The position numbers were made by a program, and so were the translations under genes. The notes under the pieces were generated by a model. It was not told where the DNA came from. It saw nothing but the letters and a program-made list of their open reading frames with translations, and did not search any database. Positions 1 to 8,732 of a stretch of DNA of 64,000 nt are shown here, one piece after another. The stretch is taken from NCBI GenBank assembly GCA_016218815.1, contig JACRCX010000097.1, forward strand, positions 25,566 to 89,565. The letters are read 5' to 3'. The first letter of the stretch is position 1; the number at the start of each line of letters is the position of its first letter. This stretch comes from Deltaproteobacteria bacterium (GTDB taxonomy: Bacteria; Myxococcota_A; Polyangia; DRWM01; JAAZOP01).

Positions 1-393
1 GGCATTCGCGGACGCATCGGAAGTCCCCGGACCCGGCCCGCCCCAGGGCACGCCCCACGACCCGGTGACGACCTCCTTGTCGGTCCGGTGCGAGACGGAG
101 AAGTCGTGCCCGGCCGCACGAGCCGCGGCGTCGGCGGACGTGCCGGCGCTGTTCGTGGCTCCCGTCGCGAAGTGAAGAATGACCCACAAGATCGCGGCAC
201 AACCAACCAGGATTGCGGCGAATCCGAAGAGGACGACGGGGCGGAAGACGGTGCCCTTCGCGGCCGGCGCCCGGAGAGAAGGTTGAGGGAACGGTGCGGC
301 GGTGGGCGCGGCCGCAGGGGCGGCCTGCGGTTCCGTCGCGGTCGCCGCGGGTTTCTCGCCCTGCTCGCCATCCGCCGGTTCCAAGTTCGTCAT
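1..393 (-). CDS. Hypothetical membrane-anchored protein, 5' part only (continues beyond window start). N-terminus MTNLEPADGEQGEKPAA... followed by one TM helix VVLFGFAAILVGCAAILWVIL.
   Basis: ATG at 391-393 (minus) preceded by GGGAGG Shine-Dalgarno about 7 nt upstream. Open frame runs to the window edge. Codon usage is GC3-rich like its neighbours. Not in the ORF track because it has no in-window stop. Confidence 0.45.
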   Translation of the reverse strand, partial: MTNLEPADGEQGEKPAATATEPQAAPAAAPTAAPFPQPSLRAPAAKGTVFRPVVLFGFAAILVGCAAILWVILHFATGATNSAGTSADAAARAAGHDFSVSHRTDKEVVTGSWGVPWGGPGPGTSDASANA

Positions 394-500
394 CTCGGTT
401 CGCCTCCCACGGCGCGGAGGCTTCCTACGAACAAGCAGGCTGGGCGATCCGGGTCTGGTCCGACGTTGTTCCTGTCTTGCCCGTCTTGCCCTTTTCCCGG

Positions 501-572
501 TCTGCTCAGCGTCTGTCTCAGCGCCCTCAGCGTCTCAGCGGTAAGTCGGATCTCCGCGCGCTCCCTCCCCTC
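501..572 (+). repeat. Copy 1 of an approximately 75-80 bp dispersed repeat (CTCAGCGCCCTCAGCGTCTCAGCGGTAAGTCGGATCTCCGCGCGCTCCCTCCCCTC); the other copies are at 61712-61790 and 62041-62110.
   Basis: Near-identical sequence found by eye at three loci. This copy lies between the OPT transporter stop and the start of the partial upstream gene. Confidence 0.7.
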
Positions 573-2595
573 AGTGCCCTCCCAGCTTGGCCCTCCACGA
601 ATCCCAGTACATGTATCCGCACAGCGCGACGAAGGTGCCCAGGCCGAGCCAGTTGCCGAAGGAGCCGACGTTGCCGATGTCGGGGACGATGTGGGCGCCG
701 GTCTGGACCTCGAGCCAGCGCAGGAGGGCGGTCAGGACGCCAATCATCGCGCCGCCGGCGATCAGGCCGGAGGAGACGAGCAGGCCGCGGTCGTAGCGGG
801 CCTGGCCGAGCTTCTCGTTCTCTTTGCCGGCGCTCTTCTTCACGAAGTGCGCGACGAGGGCGCCGAAGATGATCGGCGAGTTGTACTCGATCGGGATGTA
901 CATCCCCAGGGCCACGGCCAGGGCGGAGACGCCGAGCATCTCGATCAGCACCGCGATCACGGCGCCGATGCCGTAGAGGAACCACGGCACGTGAGCCGAC
1001 TGCATCACGCTCCGGGCGACCTCGGCCATCGCGTTGGGCTGCGGTGCGGGCAGCAGGTTGCGGTTCTCGAAGCCGTACACCTTGTCGAACAGCAGGATGA
1101 CGGCGGTGACGACGACGGCGGAGACGATCGAGGCCAGGATGTTGCCCCACTGGATGTACTTGGGCGTCGAGCCGAGCCAGTAGCCCATCTTGAACTGGGT
1201 GACCAGCGAACCGGTCATGGAGAGCGCCGTGCAGACCACGCCGCCGATGAGCAGCATGGCCAGCATCCCCAGGTCGCCCTTGAGGCCCAGGCGGGTGAGG
1301 ATGAGCGCGGAGAGCAGCAGCGTCGTGAGCGTCATGCCGGAGATGGGGGTGACGCTGATCATCGCGATGGCCCAGGCGGAGACGGCGGCGAAGAGGAACG
1401 ACACGAGGTAGATCATGACCACCGACACCGTGGTCACGGCGTTCGGACTGCCGACGTCGGGCAGCACCGAGAACCGGATGTAGAACCAGAGGATGGCGGC
1501 GATGCCGAGCATCATGAGCACGACGGTCTTCATCGGGATGTCGCGATCGATGCGCGGAACCGCCGGCTGCTCCGCGTTCGGGTCGCGCTTCCTGAACATC
1601 TCCCCAAAAGCCTTGCCGAACGCCTGGCCGATGATCGGCAGCATGCGGATGATGGAGATGATGCCCGCGGCAAAGATGGCGCCGATGCCGATCTTGCGCG
1701 CGTAGTTGTCGAACAGGTCCACCGCCGACTGGCAGGCCAGGAGCGGGTCGCCGGGCTGGATCGGGACGGCCATGAACTGGCCCAGGTGGGCGAAGATCGG
1801 CACGATGACGAAGCAGGACAACATCGAGCCGGCGAGGATCATCGCGGCGTAGCGCACGCCGATGAGGTACCCCAGCCCCGCGATGGCGGCCGTGGTGTTG
1901 AGCGCGAAGATCGCCTTCACCTTGTGGGTCAGCGGCGAGAGGAACCCCACCGCCTCCGTCGTGAAGTTCTCGGCCCAGGCCCGCACGGCCACCAGGGCGT
2001 CGTACACGCCGCCGATGATCATCGACTGCACCAGCACCATCGCCTGGCTGCCGCCCTTCTCGCCCGCGACCAGCACCTCGGTCGTCGCCGTCGCCTCGGG
2101 GAAGGGCAGCTTCCCGTGCATCTCCGCCACGAAGTAGCGACGGAACGGGATGAGGAAGAGCACACCGAGGACCGCGCCCAGGAGCGGCACGACGAAGATC
2201 TGGAAGAAGCTCGAATGCTCCTCGATGCCGAGGATATAGATCGCCGGCATCACGAACACGCTGCCGCCGACGATGATGCCGCTGGTGGCCCCCAGGACCA
2301 CGATGTTCACGTTCTCCAGGAGCGTGCTCTTGCGCTTGAAGAGCTGCGAGAGTCCGATGGCCAGGATGGCGATCGGGATCGCCGCCTCCAGGCCCTGCCC
2401 GAGCTTGAGCGTCAGGTAGGCGACGGCGGCCGAAAAGAAGACCGCCATCCCCAGACCGATGACGATCGAGCGCCGGGTCACCTCCGGAACGTTCTTCTCG
2501 TCGGGGATCGTCGGGACGTACTTCTCGCCGTCCTTCAACTCGCGAAACGCATTCTCCGGGAGACCCACCACGGGCTTCGTCGGCTGCTCGTCCAT
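571..2595 (-). CDS. OPT-family oligopeptide transporter (about 674 aa, polytopic membrane protein).
   Basis: Full-length ORF with many hydrophobic helices and length and sequence character typical of bacterial OPT transporters (MDEQPTKPVVGLPENAFRELKDGEKYVPTIPDE... many TM segments). The antisense ORF 88-2724 is an artefact. Confidence 0.85.
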   Translation of the reverse strand: MDEQPTKPVVGLPENAFRELKDGEKYVPTIPDEKNVPEVTRRSIVIGLGMAVFFSAAVAYLTLKLGQGLEAAIPIAILAIGLSQLFKRKSTLLENVNIVVLGATSGIIVGGSVFVMPAIYILGIEEHSSFFQIFVVPLLGAVLGVLFLIPFRRYFVAEMHGKLPFPEATATTEVLVAGEKGGSQAMVLVQSMIIGGVYDALVAVRAWAENFTTEAVGFLSPLTHKVKAIFALNTTAAIAGLGYLIGVRYAAMILAGSMLSCFVIVPIFAHLGQFMAVPIQPGDPLLACQSAVDLFDNYARKIGIGAIFAAGIISIIRMLPIIGQAFGKAFGEMFRKRDPNAEQPAVPRIDRDIPMKTVVLMMLGIAAILWFYIRFSVLPDVGSPNAVTTVSVVMIYLVSFLFAAVSAWAIAMISVTPISGMTLTTLLLSALILTRLGLKGDLGMLAMLLIGGVVCTALSMTGSLVTQFKMGYWLGSTPKYIQWGNILASIVSAVVVTAVILLFDKVYGFENRNLLPAPQPNAMAEVARSVMQSAHVPWFLYGIGAVIAVLIEMLGVSALAVALGMYIPIEYNSPIIFGALVAHFVKKSAGKENEKLGQARYDRGLLVSSGLIAGGAMIGVLTALLRWLEVQTGAHIVPDIGNVGSFGNWLGLGTFVALCGYMYWDSWRAKLGGH

Positions 2596-2923
2596 GGCCG
2601 CGCAGCCTACCAGACTCGGACCGCGCCGGTCGACGGATCAAGCGGACACACGGCTCCCCGATTTGGTGGGACTTGGTTTTGGGTGGGTTGGATCGGGGTA
2701 CGATCCGAGAACGTAGAGTTGTGAACTATCCTGTTGCGGGAGCCGTGTCGGAACACGCCGGGATCGGCGCGCGCAGCGCCGCGGCACCGCTTGTGCCGGC
2801 GCGCACCCGCGACCATCCCGGTTCGTGCGCCATGCAAACGAGCGTCCTGCGGCCCGGGATCGCCAACGCGACCCGCCGCCGTGCCGGACTCCATTGCCGC
2901 CAGAACGCTCGCATCGTCAAACC

Positions 2924-3331
2924 TCAGTTCAGGTCGGCCTGCCGCGCCTCCTCCTGGGGCGCCATCCCGAGCAGGTCGGTCTCGATGATCTCCTCGTAGT
3001 AGTGCTGTCCGCGCAGCCCGACGACGCGCTCGAGAATCTTCCCGTCCTTGATGAACAGCGCCGTCGGAGTGGCCGCCACACCCATCGCCGCCACCGCCCG
3101 CGGCGCCGTCTCGACGTTGAGGTGGGTCACCTTCACCCGCCCCTCGTACTTGCACGTCAGCTTGCGCATGGTCGGCACGAGCGCCCGGCAGGGCTGGCAG
3201 CCGGGAGACCAGACGTCGACGACCACGGGCAGTTCGGAGTCGACAACCTCGGTCTTGAAATTCTCGTCTGTCAGCGCGACTGGCTCGGTCTCGCACCCGC
3301 CTTCCAGCCCCAACCATCCGAGAATACCCAT
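2924..3331 (-). CDS. Thioredoxin-family protein (135 aa) with atypical active site GCQPC instead of WCGPC.
   Basis: MGILGWLGLEGG...FKTEVVDSELPVVVDVWSPGCQPCRALVPTMRKL...ATPTALFIKDGKILERVVG aligns to the thioredoxin fold motifs (DFWAEWCGPCKMIAP in E. coli TrxA). ATG confirmed at 3329-3331 on the minus strand. The long upstream extension of ORF 2924-4312 is not credited. Confidence 0.8.
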   Translation of the reverse strand: MGILGWLGLEGGCETEPVALTDENFKTEVVDSELPVVVDVWSPGCQPCRALVPTMRKLTCKYEGRVKVTHLNVETAPRAVAAMGVAATPTALFIKDGKILERVVGLRGQHYYEEIIETDLLGMAPQEEARQADLN

Positions 3332-3489
3332 CGCCGACCTCCACCTGTGCGAACTCAACGGCCGGTCGATGGCTACACAAGATCGGTGCCAGAGTGGACA
3401 ACCGAACAGTATCGGACGGTTGGAGCGCGCAAGGTACGACCGGATTGTCCCGCGGCGAGACAGGCGAGACGGATCGGGACGTCGAACGT

Positions 3490-4854
3490 TCAGTCCGTTT
3501 CCAGGATCAGGTCCTGCGGGTTCGCAGGGTCCACTCGGACGGGGACGGCGGCGCCGGGCTGGAACTGGGCGGCCGCCATCGGCGAAAGCAGGAGCTTGGT
3601 GCTCGCCTGGTACGGCGCGACCCCCTCCAACTCGACCTGGAGGTGCAGCCGGACCTGCGGCACGTTGTTGATGCTGACACCGGTGGATTCGATTCCGAGA
3701 ACCCTTCCGGTGGCGCGCTTCCCGTGCAGGCGCAGCCGAGCCGCGCGCTTGCCGGAGGCGCGCATGGGGAGGCCGACCATCAGCATCACCAGGCCGGCGA
3801 TGCCCGGTCCAAGCGCCCAGGAGTAGCCCATCATCCCGCCCCCGGAGGAACCGGCGACGACGGCGGCGCCCGCGCCGAGCAGCATCAGGATGCCGAACCC
3901 GACGAGGAAGGTGCCGACGCCCCCACCCTGGGACGCCGCGGCATGATGTCCGGCCTCGGCGGCGTGGGCCGCGTTGGCCGCGGGAAAGCTGGCGGCGCAC
4001 CAGCTCCACTCCGCGTTCGCCTGCAGGATCTGTTCGATCGTCTGGCGACCGCGCGCACCGGCCTTCTGCATCGTCTCCTGGAGCACGACGACCGCGCCTT
4101 GGAGCTGCCCCGCGCGTTCCCAGGCGTTGGCACGAAGGATGGCGGCGAGGATGTCGTAGGCGTCCATGATCGGGACGTCGGTGTTGTTGGGGCCCAGCGC
4201 CTGGAGCACGCGGTTCCAGTCCTGGCGCGCGGTGGCGATGAAGGCGACCGAAAGCCGGAACGAGCTGTCGGACTCGAGATCCTCCGGCTGCGGATCGCAC
4301 ATGCTCAGCCACCGCTCGGCCGATGCCAGATCACCCATCTTGGCGGCATTGCGGCTGAGGAACCCGAGCATCATCTGGCGGTGACGGGGCAGCGTGAAGG
4401 CCTCGAGCGCGGTCTCGAACATCGCGCGCTGGCGCACGAGGTCCTTGCCCATCGAGAAGATGTTGGAAAGCGCCATCGTGAGGAAGAGCAGCCGCTCCGC
4501 CGCCTCGTAGCTCCCGGTCGCCCGCACCTCGTTGCGCGAGCCCTGCCAGACGGCGAGCGCCTCCTGCATGCGGTGGGGCGGGATCTCGCCTCCGGGACCG
4601 AACAATCCCTGCAGGGCGGGCGGAGGCATGAGGGGCTTGCCGTCCTGCGAGCGCAGCGACTGGAGGCGCTGCGCCTCGTTGACCGGCGGCCGATGCGCGA
4701 GGTCGACGAGCGCGCTTTCGTTGCGTGTCGCGATCTGGTTCACCGTGCCGCAGTACTGGCACGGGACGTTTCCCCCCGCCGACGCGACCTGCAGGGGTGC
4801 CCCGCAGGTGTTGCACATGAGCATCCGGACCCCGTAGCTGAACGTCGTGTTCAT
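3490..4854 (-). CDS. Hypothetical protein with N-terminal zinc-ribbon (CNTCG...CQYCG), helical repeat middle, TM segments and a C-terminal DUF3592-like beta domain.
   Basis: 454-aa ORF with natural amino-acid composition and Cys4 ribbon motif at the N-terminus. Hydrophobic segments GTFLVGFGILMLLGAGAAVVAG and GIAGLVMLMVGLPM. Confidence 0.6.
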   Translation of the reverse strand: MNTTFSYGVRMLMCNTCGAPLQVASAGGNVPCQYCGTVNQIATRNESALVDLAHRPPVNEAQRLQSLRSQDGKPLMPPPALQGLFGPGGEIPPHRMQEALAVWQGSRNEVRATGSYEAAERLLFLTMALSNIFSMGKDLVRQRAMFETALEAFTLPRHRQMMLGFLSRNAAKMGDLASAERWLSMCDPQPEDLESDSSFRLSVAFIATARQDWNRVLQALGPNNTDVPIMDAYDILAAILRANAWERAGQLQGAVVVLQETMQKAGARGRQTIEQILQANAEWSWCAASFPAANAAHAAEAGHHAAASQGGGVGTFLVGFGILMLLGAGAAVVAGSSGGGMMGYSWALGPGIAGLVMLMVGLPMRASGKRAARLRLHGKRATGRVLGIESTGVSINNVPQVRLHLQVELEGVAPYQASTKLLLSPMAAAQFQPGAAVPVRVDPANPQDLILETD

Positions 4855-4887
4855 GGTTCACTCCTCAGGGCATTCCGTTCGGCGGCA

Positions 4888-6393
4888 CTACAGGCAGAAT
4901 CCCGTGCCGTCCGGCTGGGGCCGGCAGGTCGTGCCGGCCGGACAGGGAGCGGCCGCCCACGCCCCGCCCGTGCACGTGCGCACGCCCGACCCGCCCGGAT
5001 CGCAGACGATCGAGCCGCCGTGGATGGTCGCGCGCATGTCGTCGCAGTCCGTCCCGGTCACCGCCCAACCCGCCGTCGCCGGGCACTTCATCGCGGGGCA
5101 GCCCGGGTCTCCGTCACCGTCCCCGTCCCGGTCGCGGTACTGGGCCACCAGGACGCCGTCGTCGACCAGGCCGTTGCAGTCGTCGTCGTAGCCGTTGCAC
5201 GCCTCGACGTTGCTCGGGTTGCTGCTCGCGCGGTGGTCGTCGCAGTCGTCGCCGCACCACCAGACGCCGAAGGTGTCGATGTTGCAGCAGCCTGCATCCA
5301 CGAAGCCGTCGGCGTCGGCGTCCTGCGCGACGAAGGGGTTGTCGAAGGTGCGCGGATTGCAGTCCTCGTCGAGCAGACCGCCGAGGTCGCACAACTCGGG
5401 GTTGCCGGGAAAGGCGAACCGGTTCGTGTCATCGCAGTCGTCGCCGCCCGACGCGATGGACGAGTGGCCGTCGCCGTCCGCATCGATCCGGCACCGGCCA
5501 CCGATGCAGACCTCGATCACGGTCGCGGCGATGCCGTCGTCGCAATCCGAGTTCGCCGTGCAGGCCGCCGCGCAGCGGTTGAGCCCCTCGAGACAGATCT
5601 GCGGCGGCGTGCACGAGATGGCGAACAGCTCGCACCGGGCCGCGCTCGTGTTGCAGAACTCGAGACCGTTGCAGTACAGGCCGTCGTCGCACTGGCTCGC
5701 GTCCGTGCAGCTACAGGCGTCCTCGGCCTCGACGCACCGGCTCGGATCGCAAGGGGGCGGCCCGCCATCGCAGCCCCCCAGATGGCAGCGCTCGACCCCG
5801 TTGCAGTACAGGCCGTCGTCGACGCAGGCGGCGGGCGTGCAGCTGCAGCCGCCGAGAGACTCGAGGCAGCGCGCGCCCCCGCCGCACGTGACGGCCGTGC
5901 CCGGCCGGCAGAGGCCGTCCGCATCGCAGGTCTCGGCGCCGTTGCACGCCGTGCCGTCGTCGCAGTCCGCGCTCCCGGTGCAGGCCGCCGGCAGCGCGTC
6001 GCAGCGCGGCGGCGTGCAGCCCAGCGCGGCCTCGTCGCACGCGCCCGCGCACGGCGGCGTGCCCGCGAGGCAGCCGCGCGCGTCCGCGCCCGCGGTCCCG
6101 GGCGCGCACGCCTCGTAGCCGTTGCAGAACACCCCGTCCTGGCAGTCCGCCGGAGAGCCGCACGACGCGGCCCCGTCGTCGTCGACCTCGCCGCCGCCCT
6201 CGGCATCGTCGCCGCTCCCGGCATCCTCGCCACCCTCGGCATCGCCCGCGCTTTCCGCTCCGTCGCCATCCGCGGCGCCGTCGTCGGCCCCGACCACGTC
6301 GGCATCGCCGCCGCCCTCGGTCGGCTCGGCGCCGCCGGAGCAGGCGCTCATCGCGAGCGCGACCACGATCGCGACCGCATTTCCGTTCGTCAT
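4888..6393 (-). CDS. Lipoprotein with acidic Gly/Asp-rich linker and multiple Myxococcus-type cysteine-rich repeats (C-x-D-G-x-x-C-N-G-x-E-x-C), plus DCDD metal-binding-like motifs.
   Basis: Internal ATG (6391-6393) gives MTNGNAVAIVVALAMSAC, a lipoprotein signal with lipobox cysteine. Repeated DCDDGTACNGAETC, CVDDGLYCNGVERC, QCDDGLYCNGLEFC motifs. The track ORF 4888-6483 carries a spurious 30-aa N-terminal extension. Confidence 0.75.
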   Translation of the reverse strand: MTNGNAVAIVVALAMSACSGGAEPTEGGGDADVVGADDGAADGDGAESAGDAEGGEDAGSGDDAEGGGEVDDDGAASCGSPADCQDGVFCNGYEACAPGTAGADARGCLAGTPPCAGACDEAALGCTPPRCDALPAACTGSADCDDGTACNGAETCDADGLCRPGTAVTCGGGARCLESLGGCSCTPAACVDDGLYCNGVERCHLGGCDGGPPPCDPSRCVEAEDACSCTDASQCDDGLYCNGLEFCNTSAARCELFAISCTPPQICLEGLNRCAAACTANSDCDDGIAATVIEVCIGGRCRIDADGDGHSSIASGGDDCDDTNRFAFPGNPELCDLGGLLDEDCNPRTFDNPFVAQDADADGFVDAGCCNIDTFGVWWCGDDCDDHRASSNPSNVEACNGYDDDCNGLVDDGVLVAQYRDRDGDGDGDPGCPAMKCPATAGWAVTGTDCDDMRATIHGGSIVCDPGGSGVRTCTGGAWAAAPCPAGTTCRPQPDGTGFCL

Positions 6394-6498
6394 GTGGAAC
6401 CTGTTTCGGGCAGGACTTGATTCTCTCGGCAAGAAACCCCCTGTCACGAAGGGGAGTAGAGCACGGCCGGCAAGGTACCGCAACCGAGGCAGCCGCGT

Positions 6499-6585
6499 TC
6501 AGACGCCGGGACGCCCCAGGTCCGGAAAGATCTCGACCAGCCGCGCCAGCCGCGCCGCGGCGTCCGCGGGATGCCGCCGTTCGAC
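6499..6585 (-). pseudogene. Duplicated 3'-terminal fragment (about 25 codons) of the methyltransferase gene at 15576-16370. It encodes ...RHPADAAARLARLVEIFPDLGRP followed by a stop.
   Basis: An approximately 75-bp nucleotide stretch, GGTCCGGAAA(G/A)A(T/C)CTCGACCAGCCGCGCCAGCCGCGCCGCGGCGTCCGCGGGATGCCGCC, is shared between 6511-6580 and 15587-15656. The same C-terminal peptide results in both. No upstream methyltransferase body is present here. Confidence 0.45.
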
Positions 6586-7097
6586 TCGGCACCGCATTTG
6601 GCTCCGCACAACATGGCGCGTCTCTTGGGCTCGTGGTATGCTTCGTCCGTCTTCCGACGCGTTCGTGGCCGCGGTCCGGGTGGGGGCCCGCGATTTCGCG
6701 TTCGCGTGTGGGGGCGGCGAGACGACGATGTCGATACGGGAAGACGAACGCGAGCCGGACCGGATCGAGACCGGTGATCGCGTGCGCGAGTCGGAGCCTG
6801 CGTGCACTGCTGCGCCGGTCGGTCCGCAACTCGCGCGGCAGGTGCCCGCCGCGGTAGCCGCGGCCTGCCCGCGCGCCCGTCATCGGGGCCGTGGGGCCTC
6901 GGCCAGCTCGGCGATGCGGCCCCTACCCGTGAGCCGCGGCGCCGAGTTGGAACCACGGACGACGCCTGGTGCGCGCCGCAGCCCTCACGAACAAGAGGTG
7001 AACCTGGCGACCGGTCGAAGGTGGGTGCCCCCCCCCACAGTGTCCTACCTCGGATGACGAGTACCTGAGCCGGGTCCTGCTTGGACGCAGTCGGGTC

Positions 7098-8045
7098 ATG
7101 GATGAAGTCCGCGGGTTCGTGCGCCGGGCGGCCGAACTGCACGAGCCGGTGCTGGTGCTGGGCCAAACGGGGACGGGGAAGAACGTGGTCGCGCGCGCCA
7201 TACACGATTGTGGTCCCCGGCGGGACGGGCCGTTCGTGACCGTGACCTGCCCCAATATTCCGCCGACGCTGATCGAGGGCCAGCTCTTCGGCTATCGGAG
7301 GGGAGCGTTCACAGGCGCCACGAGCGACCATCCCGGCCTCCTGGCGTCGGCGCAGGGTGGGACGGTGTTCCTGGACGAAATTGGCGCTCTGCCGATGGAG
7401 CTGCAGCGCAAGCTGTTGCACGCGGTCGAGGAGCGCCGCGTGCTCCCCCTGGGGGCCGTACGCGAGGTGCAGTTCGACGCACGCATCGTGGCGGCGACGA
7501 ACCGTGATCTGCGTGCCGCCGTGGAGGAAGGCGCATTCGCAGAGGACCTCTACTACCGTCTCGCAGTGTTGTGCCTAGAGCTGCCGCCCGTGCGCGAACG
7601 TCTCGCCGACATCGTGCCGTTGTTCGAGGTGTTCCTGGATCGGGCCGCGCGCCAGCAGGGACGTGCGCCGCCGGCGCTGACCGCTGCGGCGATCGCATGC
7701 TTGGCCCGCTACGGCTGGCCGGGAAACGTCCGGGAGGTGTGCAACTGCGCGCATCGAGTCGTCGCGTTCGGGCGGACTGACGAGGTGCGCCCGTGCGACC
7801 TGCCGGTGGAAATCGCGGGCGACGCAGACGACGCCGCGGCGGGCGGCGGCACGAACCACGGGCAGTCCGGCGTCCGGACGCTCGCCCAGTGGGAGGCCGT
7901 GCACATCGTGGACACGATGAAGCTGGCAGGAGGCGTCCGCCGCGTCGCGGCGAATCTGCTGGGCATCAGCCTCAAGACGCTGGGGCGGAAGCTCCGCGCC
8001 GCAGGGAGGCTCGGGGTAGCGGGATCGGACGGAGCAGGCGAATGA
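7098..8045 (+). CDS. Sigma-54-dependent transcriptional activator (bEBP) consisting only of an AAA+ sigma-54 interaction domain plus a C-terminal Fis-type HTH; no N-terminal sensory or receiver domain.
   Basis: Walker A GQTGTGKNVVARAIH and Walker B VFLDEIGALP. The sigma-54-contacting motif is present in the degenerate form GYRRGAFTGA. Also R-finger region RVLPLGAVREV, ESDLYYRLAVL-like EDLYYRLAV and C-terminal HTH. The AAA domain begins within about 20 aa of Met1. Confidence 0.85.
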   Translation: MDEVRGFVRRAAELHEPVLVLGQTGTGKNVVARAIHDCGPRRDGPFVTVTCPNIPPTLIEGQLFGYRRGAFTGATSDHPGLLASAQGGTVFLDEIGALPMELQRKLLHAVEERRVLPLGAVREVQFDARIVAATNRDLRAAVEEGAFAEDLYYRLAVLCLELPPVRERLADIVPLFEVFLDRAARQQGRAPPALTAAAIACLARYGWPGNVREVCNCAHRVVAFGRTDEVRPCDLPVEIAGDADDAAAGGGTNHGQSGVRTLAQWEAVHIVDTMKLAGGVRRVAANLLGISLKTLGRKLRAAGRLGVAGSDGAGE

Positions 8046-8060
8046 CCGGCGGGAGAGCGC

Positions 8061-8732
8061 TCATTCCGAAGCGACCGTGGTGTAGATGTCGTATTCCTCC
8101 CAGGCCAGGAACCCGGCCAGCGCTACGTCGAGGCAAACGAGACTGACGGGGAACTCCGAGTCGACGGCCGAGTCGATCCAGACGCCGATGAGCCATCCCA
8201 GCACCCCGGCACCAAAACGCAGGAAGGCCAGGCCCACACCGTGAGCAACGTCGCCCACCAAGTAGTAGGGCAGCTCGGTCGGCAAGGCGCTCGCGGCCAT
8301 GAGCGCGATGCCCGACCAATACAGGTTCGGCGACGTGTCGGCCAGCATGAGCGCCTGACCGGTCGCGAAGACAGGCACGGTGAGGCCGAGCGACAACCAG
8401 ACGGAGGCACCCGGGCTCAACGGCAGGTCGTCGGCCGCCCGCTGTCCAGGCGGGTTCGCATCCGGTGCGGTTGCGTCGAGCCCACCCGAAGGCTCGGTGG
8501 CGGCCTGAGCGGCTGCGGGCGATGAGCAGACCGCGGCAACCAAGACCGATGCGAGGAGTGCAAGGCGTGCATGGTGCAGGCGGCTGCCAAGCGATGAGTT
8601 CCCCAGCCGGCACGCTCCCGTTCTCAGCCTAGCGTCCCCCGCTCCCGGGCTCGGGCAGGTCGCAATCCCAGACAGGATAGATTTCTGATCTGCGGTCCAG
8701 TTCGAACGCCAGCAGGACCCCGTAGCTGCCAT
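8061..8732 (-). CDS. Hypothetical small integral membrane protein; start codon uncertain.
   Basis: C-terminal 170 aa are strongly hydrophobic with several helices (LALLASVLVAAVCSS, VWLSLGLTVPVFATGQALML, GIALMAASALPTELPYYLVGDVAHGVGLAFLRFGAGVLGWLIGVWI). No canonical start codon is found near the first helix, so the 5' end may be at the far ATG 8732 (overlapping the upstream gene) or a non-canonical start. Confidence 0.4.
   Translation of the reverse strand: MAATGSCWRSNWTADQKSILSGIATCPSPGAGDARLRTGACRLGNSSLGSRLHHARLALLASVLVAAVCSSPAAAQAATEPSGGLDATAPDANPPGQRAADDLPLSPGASVWLSLGLTVPVFATGQALMLADTSPNLYWSGIALMAASALPTELPYYLVGDVAHGVGLAFLRFGAGVLGWLIGVWIDSAVDSEFPVSLVCLDVALAGFLAWEEYDIYTTVASE

Noticed and set aside
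88-2724. 878-aa ORF on the plus strand across the OPT transporter locus
   Set aside because: It is antisense to a clearly genuine membrane transporter. Its composition is dominated by Arg/Gly/Asp/His as expected from reading GC-rich DNA in the wrong frame, and it has no domain signature.
3394-6420. 1008-aa plus-strand ORF
   Set aside because: It is antisense to the zinc-ribbon hypothetical gene and the Cys-repeat lipoprotein gene. It is Ala/Arg/Val/Gly-rich junk.
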